64,000 nucleotides of DNA from an uncultured Christensenellaceae bacterium. GTDB taxonomy: Bacteria; Bacillota; Clostridia; Christensenellales; UBA3700. The position numbers and the translations under genes were made by a program. The notes under the pieces were generated by a model. The model did no database searches. It was given only the letters and a program-made list of their open reading frames with translations, and was not told the DNA's origin. This document shows, piece by piece, positions 10,501-17,704 of this stretch (position 1 is the stretch's first letter; each line of letters begins with the position of its first letter). The stretch covers positions 6,341 through 70,340 of the forward strand of contig CALWBV010000004.1 in the NCBI GenBank assembly GCA_944376205.1. Reading direction: 5' to 3'.

Positions 10501-13260
10501 GGCATAACATCTGAAGAACTCATCGCCACCCTCAAGAGCGGTTCGATAAGCGGCAAGATAAAGAGAGTCATACCTACGGGTATCGACAAGAGAGACAGAT
10601 GGGCTTATGTCGAGTATCTCTCCAAGTGCGAACAAATCCGTTCGACACTCAAAAAGAGAGAAGAGGAACTTGCCAATATATTGCAGATTTCTCCTGACGA
10701 TTCGGCAAAAATCAAGCTGTGTACGACGGATATAGACCAACTCTACGAAAATGCTCAAAAACTCTATGCCGAACTCAACAACGAGGTCTTCGAAGACAGC
10801 TGTTTCAGACTCGTCAAGTTCGGTCCCAATGCGTTTACTCTCTATTATCAATACGCTTACGAAAGTTGCGCAAAGGCAGAGGGAGCTTTCTGCAAGATAT
10901 TCAGTACGAGAGGTTACAGCGGCGGCAACGACATCAACTCCAAGATCGAATATCTTACCAATATTCAAAAGAACTTCGACTTTATACCCAACTGGTGCAA
11001 GTATCAGGAAATCGTCGAAAAGTGTAAAGCGAGCGGTCTCGACTTTATTCTCGAACCTCTCAATGACGGCGAAATCTCCGCTATGGAAGTATTGAGCTGT
11101 TTCAAGAAGTGCGTATACTTCAATTTTGTCAGAAGCGAGTTGTTACTTGACGACGTACTATGTCAATTCTCCGGTCTTACTCTCGAGGAACTCGGCAATA
11201 AGTTCAAAGAACTCACCGAGGATTACGAGAGATGGACAAAGGGCGAACTCTATAACAAACTCGTTGCACGTATTCCCCGTCCCGACGAGGAGGGCGAGCA
11301 TAACCTCGAAAGAGTGGTGCTGATACGTGCGGAGAAGTCGAGTATGAAGGGCACTACGCTCCGAAACCTCTTTGCAAAAATACCCAACATACTTGCGGCA
11401 TGCTGTCCTTGTATGCTCATGAGTCCTACTTCCGTAACGCAGTTTTTGGATATAGACTCGGAGAATAAATTCGACCTCGTTATATTCGACGAAGCGTCCC
11501 AGCTTCCTACCTGTAAGGCTGTCGGATGTATCGCGAGAGGTAAAAACGTTATCGTCGTCGGCGACCCTCAACAGTTGCCTCCTACGACATTCTTCAACGT
11601 CGACTACAAGGACGACGAACATTACGAAGTCGAAGACCTCGACAGCATACTCGACGACTGTCTTGCACTCGGTATGCCCCAGAATCACCTCTTGTGGCAC
11701 TACCGTTCGTTGCACGAAAGTCTTATCGCTTTCTCCAATGCGATGTACTACGGAAATACGTTGCTCACATTCCCTTCGCCCAACGAGCTCAACAGCAAGG
11801 TATCGTTCAGATACGTTGACGGTATTTACGAGAGAGGCGGAGCAAAACACAACAAGAAAGAGGGCGACGAACTCGTCGAAGAAGTTATCAGACGTCTCAA
11901 AGACCCCAACGAGCGCAAATACAGTATCGGTATCGTTACGTTCAACATGGCTCAACAGGTCTATATCGAAAACGAACTTTCCAAGCGCCTGCACGAACAT
12001 AAACTCGATGCATACGCATACGACAGAGAAGAACCTATTTTCGTCAAGAACCTCGAAAACGTTCAGGGTGACGAAAGAGACCTTATCTTGTTCAGCGTAG
12101 GCTACGGTCCCGACAGAAACGGAAAACTCTCTTTGAACTTCGGTCCTATCAACCAGAACGGCGGTTACAAACGTCTTAACGTTGCCGTAACTAGAGCCCG
12201 TAACGAGATGATCGTATTCAGCGGTATCACGGGCAATATGATTGACCTCAATCGTACCAACAGTAAGGGCGTCGAGGGTCTCAAAGCCTTCCTCGAATAT
12301 GCAGAGAGAGGCAAAGACATGCTTGCTATAAGCAATATGGATATCGTAAGGCGCAGTGCAGGCATAAGCGAACTTCTCGGCAAAGAGCTTAAGGACAGAG
12401 GTATTCTTTGCGATTACAACGTCGGCGTAAGCGACTTCAAGATTGACGTTGCCGTAGTCGATCCCAAGAATAAGCATAAGTATATTCTCGCTATCCTTGC
12501 CGACAGCGAAAATTCCTGCAAGCTCAAGGGCGTAAGAGACAGAATCATGATGCAGACCAAGATTTTGAGAAAACTCGGCTGGAATACATATCAGTTGTGG
12601 ACTGTCAATTACTTCAACAACCCCAGACGTGAAATCCAGAAAATCAAGGACTATATCGCTACCCTTACTCAAAAGAAAGTGCTCAGCAAAAAGGCTATCA
12701 GAGATACGATTGCCAAGTACCGTGTGCCTTACAAGGCTTATCCCATCAAGCCTATGATGAGAGTAGGTACAGACTTCGTACTCGATATAGTCAACGAAGA
12801 AAAGATCAAGGAAAAGATAAGGGCTATCATCGAGAAAGAATCGCCTATCGAGTTCCACTATCTCATGGACAAATTGACGTTTATGTTCAATCTGCCCAAG
12901 AGCGCAAAGAAGGCAATATCGACATTGCAAGGTTACGTTGCAGAATTCGATACGTTCAAGAAAGAAGTCGCCGGCAAAGTCTTTTACGTAGATAAACCCG
13001 TAGATACTTTCCGTCCTTCCGACGCTAAAGTTAAGCGTGACATTGCTACAATTTATCCCGAAGAAATTCTTGCAGCAGTCAAGTGTGCGCTCGAAAGCAA
13101 TATAGGTCTCGACCGTGACGGCGTAATCAAAGAGGTAATAGCACTCTTTGCTTACGGTAAAAAGACCAAGACCATTACGGATTGGATCGACAAGACTATA
13201 GATATGGCTATTGACGATAGGCAGTTGATGGTGACGGTTGACGGCAAACTCTCTACATAA
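7543..13260 (+). CDS. DUF4011 / Upf1-like SF1 helicase / REase(MTES_1575)-like / DUF3320 giant protein (1905 aa)
   Basis: SD aaggaaaggagag. DUF4011-type segments: RRLLDMDMRNALLNFK, TLYLSVGFLKWKE..APLLLYPVSL. SF1 motifs: LHGPPGTGKSQTI, VIFDEASQL, VVGDPQQLPPT, WHYRS, VQGDERD, LNVAVTRAR. REase-like segment: DFKIDVAVVDP..YILAILADSE..LRKLGW. The C-terminal ~280 aa are DUF3320-like. Confidence 0.9.
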   Translation: MAEEFVDQESEVQEEVKTEKPAEKSAAEKLAVEKVPVEITLECAAVVNYYQVQNGISPIKRLYVKNRSNDDKENIRVRVTSQPDFMLPYEIEQAILPRRTNAKFDCQSKLSPLFMVAVDKTLQGIITVEVYFGEDLVAKQSSEVQISAFNECNYEGSPESLATFVKRTPQVNQLMSLIEDKLKKWNLPSQSGYTANTNKNYVRNYFAAAFGVLNDQRFEYFKSHESKSEMIQTHKDLLEGKIATATELALLYASLIEANGQNCVIAHIGDEWYVGVFTTNECLPLLVSDDVDLILQKSEKGVNDFTLVSMSDTVSGVSFEKAEKNALNALRKDPSVDFIVDIKRARIMHIYPLPERVLGKDGYDLVQSKDYITSLAPKQFKEYGGEVGGEKEISRVAQWERRLLDMDMRNALLNFKVSRSAVKLLVPTLEDFVAAMGENKSFVIDPKPKDGATSLEKITDGFERGSFLKPFVDYVAYEYKNKHLLTVYDQKSHEGIMLRLFRKEQSIQEETGTSTLYLSVGFLKWKENDTAEEKYAPLLLYPVSLSKKGVASPVFNLDVNVEDVRLNSTLLEFLYQEFNLDIRGLSSVQLDSQQNILSVIARIKKETVGFKGWEILPNVFLATLSFGNYQLWYDVKYKSDKFRQHPIVNSLINNKLELPEDAFDLSDSSSDEAYTSEDRMYLPISADSSQYSAIKDSLSKSFVLHGPPGTGKSQTITNIIANNIVRGKRVLFVAEKMAALSVVHHRLQSIGLGDFCLELHSNKTNKNTVLSQIVNTLSLAESKLPEQNEDDKLQDINDCIEKLERELEAMHRKRYLGISLYQGIMGYFENQDSPDCLRIDSIFYEKLVGSTFNKYIDILTELTMRAKECGDIEKSPFRHIGGFNYSEKWSEEGNSILEIYLMELKHLRQYARTLMPLFNMRTVALTTAKLKALYRICKALQLDYIQNYFKSLSKQPRGIVQSYLEAESRVDTMLNEYTAKYGTYPEGITSEELIATLKSGSISGKIKRVIPTGIDKRDRWAYVEYLSKCEQIRSTLKKREEELANILQISPDDSAKIKLCTTDIDQLYENAQKLYAELNNEVFEDSCFRLVKFGPNAFTLYYQYAYESCAKAEGAFCKIFSTRGYSGGNDINSKIEYLTNIQKNFDFIPNWCKYQEIVEKCKASGLDFILEPLNDGEISAMEVLSCFKKCVYFNFVRSELLLDDVLCQFSGLTLEELGNKFKELTEDYERWTKGELYNKLVARIPRPDEEGEHNLERVVLIRAEKSSMKGTTLRNLFAKIPNILAACCPCMLMSPTSVTQFLDIDSENKFDLVIFDEASQLPTCKAVGCIARGKNVIVVGDPQQLPPTTFFNVDYKDDEHYEVEDLDSILDDCLALGMPQNHLLWHYRSLHESLIAFSNAMYYGNTLLTFPSPNELNSKVSFRYVDGIYERGGAKHNKKEGDELVEEVIRRLKDPNERKYSIGIVTFNMAQQVYIENELSKRLHEHKLDAYAYDREEPIFVKNLENVQGDERDLILFSVGYGPDRNGKLSLNFGPINQNGGYKRLNVAVTRARNEMIVFSGITGNMIDLNRTNSKGVEGLKAFLEYAERGKDMLAISNMDIVRRSAGISELLGKELKDRGILCDYNVGVSDFKIDVAVVDPKNKHKYILAILADSENSCKLKGVRDRIMMQTKILRKLGWNTYQLWTVNYFNNPRREIQKIKDYIATLTQKKVLSKKAIRDTIAKYRVPYKAYPIKPMMRVGTDFVLDIVNEEKIKEKIRAIIEKESPIEFHYLMDKLTFMFNLPKSAKKAISTLQGYVAEFDTFKKEVAGKVFYVDKPVDTFRPSDAKVKRDIATIYPEEILAAVKCALESNIGLDRDGVIKEVIALFAYGKKTKTITDWIDKTIDMAIDDRQLMVTVDGKLST

Positions 13261-13287
13261 GTCCGCCCTTGTATATCAGCACATATC

Positions 13288-13364
13288 TGCGATTTTGTGC
13301 GAGCAGTTACGCTCGGTCACGTACGTCTAGTACGCTTCGCTCACGAACTCTCTTCAAAATCGCA
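13288..13364. repeat. REP/MITE-like palindromic element, copy 1 (77 nt)
   Basis: Bounded by the inverted termini TGCGATTTTG / CAAAATCGCA. The core is gcgagcagttacgctcggtcacgtacgtctagtacgcttcgctcacgaactctc. Confidence 0.7.
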
Positions 13365-13434
13365 CCTCTGCACTAATCTCCAAGGGCTTGGCAATTTTGA
13401 TAGAGCGAAGTCGGTTACAACAAGTGCGAGCCTT

Positions 13435-13510
13435 TGCGAATTTTTGCGAGCAGTTGCACTCGGTCACGTACGCCTAGTACGCTCCCTCGTGAACTCTCTT
13501 AAAATTCGCA
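13435..13510. repeat. REP/MITE-like palindromic element, copy 2 (76 nt)
   Basis: Same element 147 nt downstream (gcgagcagttgcactcggtcacgtacgcctagtacgctccctcgtgaactctc), roughly 85% identical by eye, with termini TGCGAATTTTTG / AAAATTCGCA. Confidence 0.7.
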
Positions 13511-13562
13511 AAATCACACCACTCTCTGCGGTCGCACAGAGTGAGTAATAAGACAAATAAAG

Positions 13563-13593
13563 CCACTCTCCGTGTTTGCGTGAGAGTGGTTTT
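13563..13593 (+). terminator. Rho-independent terminator
   Basis: ccactctc-(11 nt)-gagagtgg hairpin followed by tttt. Confidence 0.7.
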
Positions 13594-13608
13594 ATAATAG
13601 GTAAAAAT

Positions 13609-14043
13609 ATGAAAATAATTGAGTTTGAAGACAAATATCGCGACGATTTAATATTTATGATAATGGAAGCGAAAAATGCTATGGGACGAGTCCCCGGTCT
13701 CAATGAAGATTTGCTTGATATCACGGCAAATTATTTTGCCAAGGGCGATAAATTCTGGATTGCGGTTGATGATAATGATAGGGTTGTCGGAAGTATAGGC
13801 TTTAATATAGCTCGAAATAAAACACAAGCAGTATTGCATAGGTTGTTTGTCAAATATAATCTTAAAAGACAAGGTATAGGCACTGCATTACTTCAACTCG
13901 CTGAAAATTATTTAGTTTGTCATGGAGTAAATACCGTATTTGTAAATCTCGGAAAAGAGTGGTTTGAGTCAAGATATTTTTATGTAAAGAACAACTATAT
14001 AGAGTATAAAGCAGATAGAATGAAAAAAACTTTGAATATTTAA
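13609..14043 (+). CDS. GNAT-family N-acetyltransferase
   Basis: VGSIGF..LHRLFVKYNLKRQGIGTALLQLAENY is the GNAT motif A pattern (Q/RxxGxG/A). I chose the ATG at 13609 (MKIIEFEDKY) rather than the listed 13576, because 13576 lies inside the terminator. Confidence 0.75.
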   Translation: MKIIEFEDKYRDDLIFMIMEAKNAMGRVPGLNEDLLDITANYFAKGDKFWIAVDDNDRVVGSIGFNIARNKTQAVLHRLFVKYNLKRQGIGTALLQLAENYLVCHGVNTVFVNLGKEWFESRYFYVKNNYIEYKADRMKKTLNI

Positions 14044-14079
14044 GTTGTATAATGCAAAAACGGAAATTTCTACTTTTTA

Positions 14080-14301
14080 TTAAAAATCTTTATTGCCAAT
14101 CAAAAAGTCGACAGAGACATCAAAAATATTTGAAATTTTAATCAGCATATCGAGCGAACATTCCCTTTGTCCGTTTTCCCAATAGCCGACAAGCCTTACC
14201 GATATATGCAATTCGTCGGCAAGCGCCTGTCTTGTCATATTTCTTTCGTTACGTAATTCTTTGAGTCTTTCGCTGAATTTGTTTAACTTTTCGCTTTTCA
14301 T
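14080..14301 (-). CDS. XRE-family HTH regulator (73 aa)
   Basis: MTRQALADELHISVRLVGYWENGQRE..ISNIFDVSVDFLIG. Confidence 0.85.
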   Translation of the reverse strand: MKSEKLNKFSERLKELRNERNMTRQALADELHISVRLVGYWENGQRECSLDMLIKISNIFDVSVDFLIGNKDF

Positions 14302-14312
14302 ATTTTAATTAT

Positions 14313-14355
14313 TGAACATTTTGTTCAGAAATTGTTGACAAAGAACAATTTGTTC
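14313..14355. promoter_or_regulatory. Two GAACA..TGTTC palindromes upstream of the 14080 XRE gene (candidate auto-operators)
   Basis: tgaaca-ttt-tgttca (14313-14327) and gaacaa-t-ttgttc (14343-14355) share half-sites. Confidence 0.4.
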
Positions 14356-14466
14356 TGTATTATAAAATTATCGGCATAACACCTTCACTAATTTAAGCAT
14401 GCCGATAAAAAAATACCGACAAGTAATTGTCAGTATTTATTATATTGTACTTTTGTCGAAAATTTT

Positions 14467-14673
14467 TTAATCGCAATATCCTATCAGATAATCCACGCTT
14501 ACGTCAAAGTATTGAGCGATATCCATAAGTATACCGTAGTTGGGTTGGTTTCTTCCGATTTCCCAGGCAGAAACAGCAGACTTGCAGACGTTGACGGCGT
14601 TTGCAAGATCCTGTTGGGTCATATTGTTGATCGCTCTTAATTCTTTGAGTCTTTCGCTAAACTTTGTCTTCAT
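14467..14673 (-). CDS. XRE-family HTH regulator (68 aa), tandem paralogue
   Basis: MTQQDLANAVNVCKSAVSAWEIGRNQP..IAQYFDVSVDYLIG. Confidence 0.85.
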   Translation of the reverse strand: MKTKFSERLKELRAINNMTQQDLANAVNVCKSAVSAWEIGRNQPNYGILMDIAQYFDVSVDYLIGYCD

Positions 14674-14715
14674 AATTTCATTATGGGGATATAAAGGTTA
14701 ATCAAATAATTCTCA

Positions 14716-14749
14716 ACAAAAAATACCGACAAGTAAGTCGGTATTTTTT
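14716..14749. terminator. Bidirectional terminator downstream of the 14809 gene
   Basis: aataccgac-aagtaa-gtcggtatt hairpin flanked by A-run and T-run. A degenerate copy (aaaaaaataccgacaagtaattgtcagtatt) recurs at ~14408-14438. Confidence 0.65.
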
Positions 14750-14808
14750 ATGTTGGCGTAGACATTATGCAATACGGGATTTGCCGTGTTTTCTATAATA
14801 AACACATT

Positions 14809-15630
14809 TTATTTTGTACGGTAGCCGTTGTAGGAATAGAGAGGCAGTTTCTTTTGTATGCGTGAGAGAGTATAGGCTTGCAAAGCATTTTGGGGTGAAT
14901 AATTTTCTCTGTCCTTTTTATAGCCGAAAATACGTCGTTCGTTCATGTCGCTGTCGGGGACGTAGCCGAGAATATTGAAAAGCTTTCCGAATTTTACGAT
15001 ATTGCTGTCGTCACCCAGCACGGTTTGAAGATCGGGATTTACAAGCCAGGTTATTACCGTATAGCAACGGTATTTGTAGTCGGGATAATGTTTTTCAAAA
15101 AAGGCGTTTGCCTCTTGCAATGAGGAAAGGCACTTGTCTGTGTCGAGTTTTTCGCCTTGAGGGATATGCAGGGTAATGCATTTTTCTCCGAGTTTGTAGG
15201 GGCACTTTAAGACGTCTTTCAACTTTGCGTGAGGGAGAATCAAAAATCGTGAAAATTCGTATTGGAGTCTTCCAATGCGGAAAATCTTCATCGAGAGATG
15301 TTTCGCTATCCAGTGAATATTGACGAGACCTTCTTCGCCGTATTGTTCGAAGGCGTTGTCGCACCATATTTTTATATCGCTGAAAGTGTCTGTAAAGATT
15401 TTTTCGTTAATGCCTTTTTTTGCGTATGCTTGATATACGCTTGGCAGACAACTCAATGTCAGAGCTAATTTTTGAATGCCGTTTAGGTTGAGTGCAAAAT
15501 TACTCTTGCCTTTTAGCAAAAGCGGCATAAATTTGCGGCAAAAACTTTCGTTTTCGCTTGCCCATGCGAGGGCTTTTTCGCACAGCTTTTCGTCAAGCTG
15601 GATTTTTTTACAGATTTCTTTTACGGTCAT
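14809..15630 (-). CDS. Acyltransferase-domain protein (DUF5596 N-terminus plus GNAT-like C-terminus)
   Basis: RLQYEF..ITLHIPQGEKLD..SLQEANAFFEKHYPDY..CYTVITWLVNPDL..SNIVKFGKLF matches my memory of this family. Not verified. Confidence 0.55.
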   Translation of the reverse strand: MTVKEICKKIQLDEKLCEKALAWASENESFCRKFMPLLLKGKSNFALNLNGIQKLALTLSCLPSVYQAYAKKGINEKIFTDTFSDIKIWCDNAFEQYGEEGLVNIHWIAKHLSMKIFRIGRLQYEFSRFLILPHAKLKDVLKCPYKLGEKCITLHIPQGEKLDTDKCLSSLQEANAFFEKHYPDYKYRCYTVITWLVNPDLQTVLGDDSNIVKFGKLFNILGYVPDSDMNERRIFGYKKDRENYSPQNALQAYTLSRIQKKLPLYSYNGYRTK

Positions 15631-15853
15631 AAGCTTATTATAATGCAGTTTTTTAATTGAGTCAATACTCCTGTTTTACGATATTGTGCATAAAGTTTTT
15701 GTAAAAAATGCACTTTGCCGTTTGCGGATATTTGACAAAAATCTTTTAATTTTACGATTGTTGATATACTTAATATTGTCAAAAACGTTTATTTTGCGAG
15801 TAAATATGAGTATTTTTGACTTTTGTGTATCAGACAGTAAAAATCCGCCTGAC

Positions 15854-15882
15854 TTGACAAATTAACAAAAATATAGTAAAAT
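15854..15882 (+). promoter_or_regulatory. Sigma-A promoter for citrate synthase
   Basis: -35 TTGACA (15854-15859), 17 nt, -10 TAAAAT (15877-15882). Confidence 0.5.
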
Positions 15883-15989
15883 TAACCAGTAATTGCGTGT
15901 TGTGCGCTTCTGAATCAGGTCATTAAAAGTTTTTACGCTTTAATACGAATATTTTTTATTACCCTGAAATTAGGGAAAAAGGAGGATAT

Positions 15990-17342
15990 ATGTTTGATAA
16001 GAAAACAGTATTGGATAACTATGCTCAAAGCTGTCTTACTAGTTACCCCGTAGACAGTTCGCTTTATACGGAGTTCAACGTCAAAAGAGGACTTCGTGAT
16101 AAGTCGGGTAAGGGCGTAGTTGCAGGAATTACGGATATATCCAAAATCGTATCTTTCAAAGACGTTGACGGCAAACAGGTTGCTTGCGACGGTGAATTGT
16201 ATTACAGAGGTTACAGCATAAATTCGTTGGTTGACGGACTTATTAAGGACGACAGATTCGGATTTGAGGAGATAACTTATCTTTTGCTTTTCGGCAATCT
16301 TCCCGACAAGTCCCAACTCGAAGAATTTTGCGCAATGCTTACCGATATGAGAAAACTTCCCCGCAATTTTACCAAGGACGTAATTCTTAAGGCTCCCAGC
16401 AAAGATATGATGATGAGTTTGTCTAGAAGCGTATTGACGCTTGCTTCTTACGATAAGAAGTTTGACGATATAAGCGTGCGCAACGTAATCAAGCAAAGCC
16501 TTATGCTTATCAGCGTATTTCCTATGCTTGCGGTGTACGGATATCAGGCGTACAATCACTACATCTGCGACGACAGCCTATATATCCACCGTCCCGATCC
16601 CACGCTTTCGACAGCGCAAAACTTCTTAAGAATGTTGCGCCCCGATACCAAGTTCAGCGAACTCGAAGCGAAAGTTTTGGACCTTGCGCTCATACTTCAT
16701 ATGGAGCACGGCGGCGGCAACAATTCGACGTTTACCACAAGAGTTGTTACCTCGTCAGGTACGGATACGTATTCGGCTGTTTCGGCGGCGCTGGCTTCGC
16801 TCAAGGGACCCAAGCACGGCGGTGCCAACATCAAGGTCGTGCAGATGATGAAGAATATTCGGGAAAACGTCCGCAATCTCGAGGACGAAGACGAAATATA
16901 CGATTATCTCATCAAGATACTGCGCAAAGAAGCTTTTGACGGCAAAGGACTTATCTACGGTATGGGACATGCGGTATATTCTCTTTCCGATCCCAGAGCG
17001 CAGGTATTCAAAAAGTTTATACACGAACTTTCCAAGTCCAAGGGCAGAAGCAAACAGTATGCTTTCTATGAGAGAGTAGAGAGACTTGCCGCAAAGGCTA
17101 TTGCCAACGAACGAGCTATCTACAAGGGCGTAAGCGCCAACGTGGATTTCTACAGCGGATTCGTTTACAGCATGTTGGGCATTCCTACCGAACTTTATAC
17201 GCCTATGTTTGCCATTGCGAGAATAGTAGGTTGGTCGGCTCACCGTCTCGAGGAACTTATCAATGCGGACAAGATCATTCGTCCCGCATATATCGATATC
17301 GTCAAGATAAGAGATTATGAGGAACTCGACAAGAGAAAATAA
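15990..17342 (+). CDS. Citrate synthase
   Basis: LILHMEHGGGNNSTFTTRV, LKGPKHGGAN, GMGHAVY and VDFYSG are citrate synthase signatures. SD aaaaaggagga. Confidence 0.92.
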   Translation: MFDKKTVLDNYAQSCLTSYPVDSSLYTEFNVKRGLRDKSGKGVVAGITDISKIVSFKDVDGKQVACDGELYYRGYSINSLVDGLIKDDRFGFEEITYLLLFGNLPDKSQLEEFCAMLTDMRKLPRNFTKDVILKAPSKDMMMSLSRSVLTLASYDKKFDDISVRNVIKQSLMLISVFPMLAVYGYQAYNHYICDDSLYIHRPDPTLSTAQNFLRMLRPDTKFSELEAKVLDLALILHMEHGGGNNSTFTTRVVTSSGTDTYSAVSAALASLKGPKHGGANIKVVQMMKNIRENVRNLEDEDEIYDYLIKILRKEAFDGKGLIYGMGHAVYSLSDPRAQVFKKFIHELSKSKGRSKQYAFYERVERLAAKAIANERAIYKGVSANVDFYSGFVYSMLGIPTELYTPMFAIARIVGWSAHRLEELINADKIIRPAYIDIVKIRDYEELDKRK

Positions 17343-17422
17343 AACAACTGAAAATCCGGTGCAACATAGACGGAAAAACGTCTTATTACCATACAACTTT
17401 ATAGGTTAAAGCTTATTTATAA

Positions 17423-17449
17423 AGAGGATCGCAATGCGGTCCTCTTTTG
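17423..17449 (+). terminator. Rho-independent terminator
   Basis: agaggatcgc-aat-gcggtcctct (one G:U pair) followed by tttt. Confidence 0.7.
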
Positions 17450-17615
17450 TCGTTGTAAGCCGAGACGACGACTAATTTGAGTTTGAATAAGGTAATGACG
17501 AAAGACGGTATATTTCTTTTCGTTCACATTTGGCACGGATAGAATAAATGTCAAACCCCTTGCAATTAGATATCGCATAACGGCAAACTCATAGCGGAGA
17601 ATGAGAATATTGGTG

Positions 17616-17644
17616 TTGACACGTTATCGCATAAATATTATAAT
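17616..17644 (+). promoter_or_regulatory. Consensus sigma-A promoter
   Basis: -35 TTGACA (17616-17621), 17 nt, -10 TATAAT (17639-17644). Confidence 0.65.
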
Positions 17645-17704
17645 TATATTGTATATTTACGCTGCCTGTGTGGGATATCTGAATGCGGGCAAAGGAGAGT
17701 GCGA

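Noticed and set aside
8107-12930. Minus-strand ORFs of 456, 280 and 590 aa inside the helicase gene
   Set aside because: These are codon-aligned shadows of a gene whose helicase motifs are unambiguous, and their translations are low-plausibility.
13297-13548. 83-aa ORF downstream of the helicase
   Set aside because: It is a translation of the two REP-like repeats (the same peptide segment appears twice) and has no SD.
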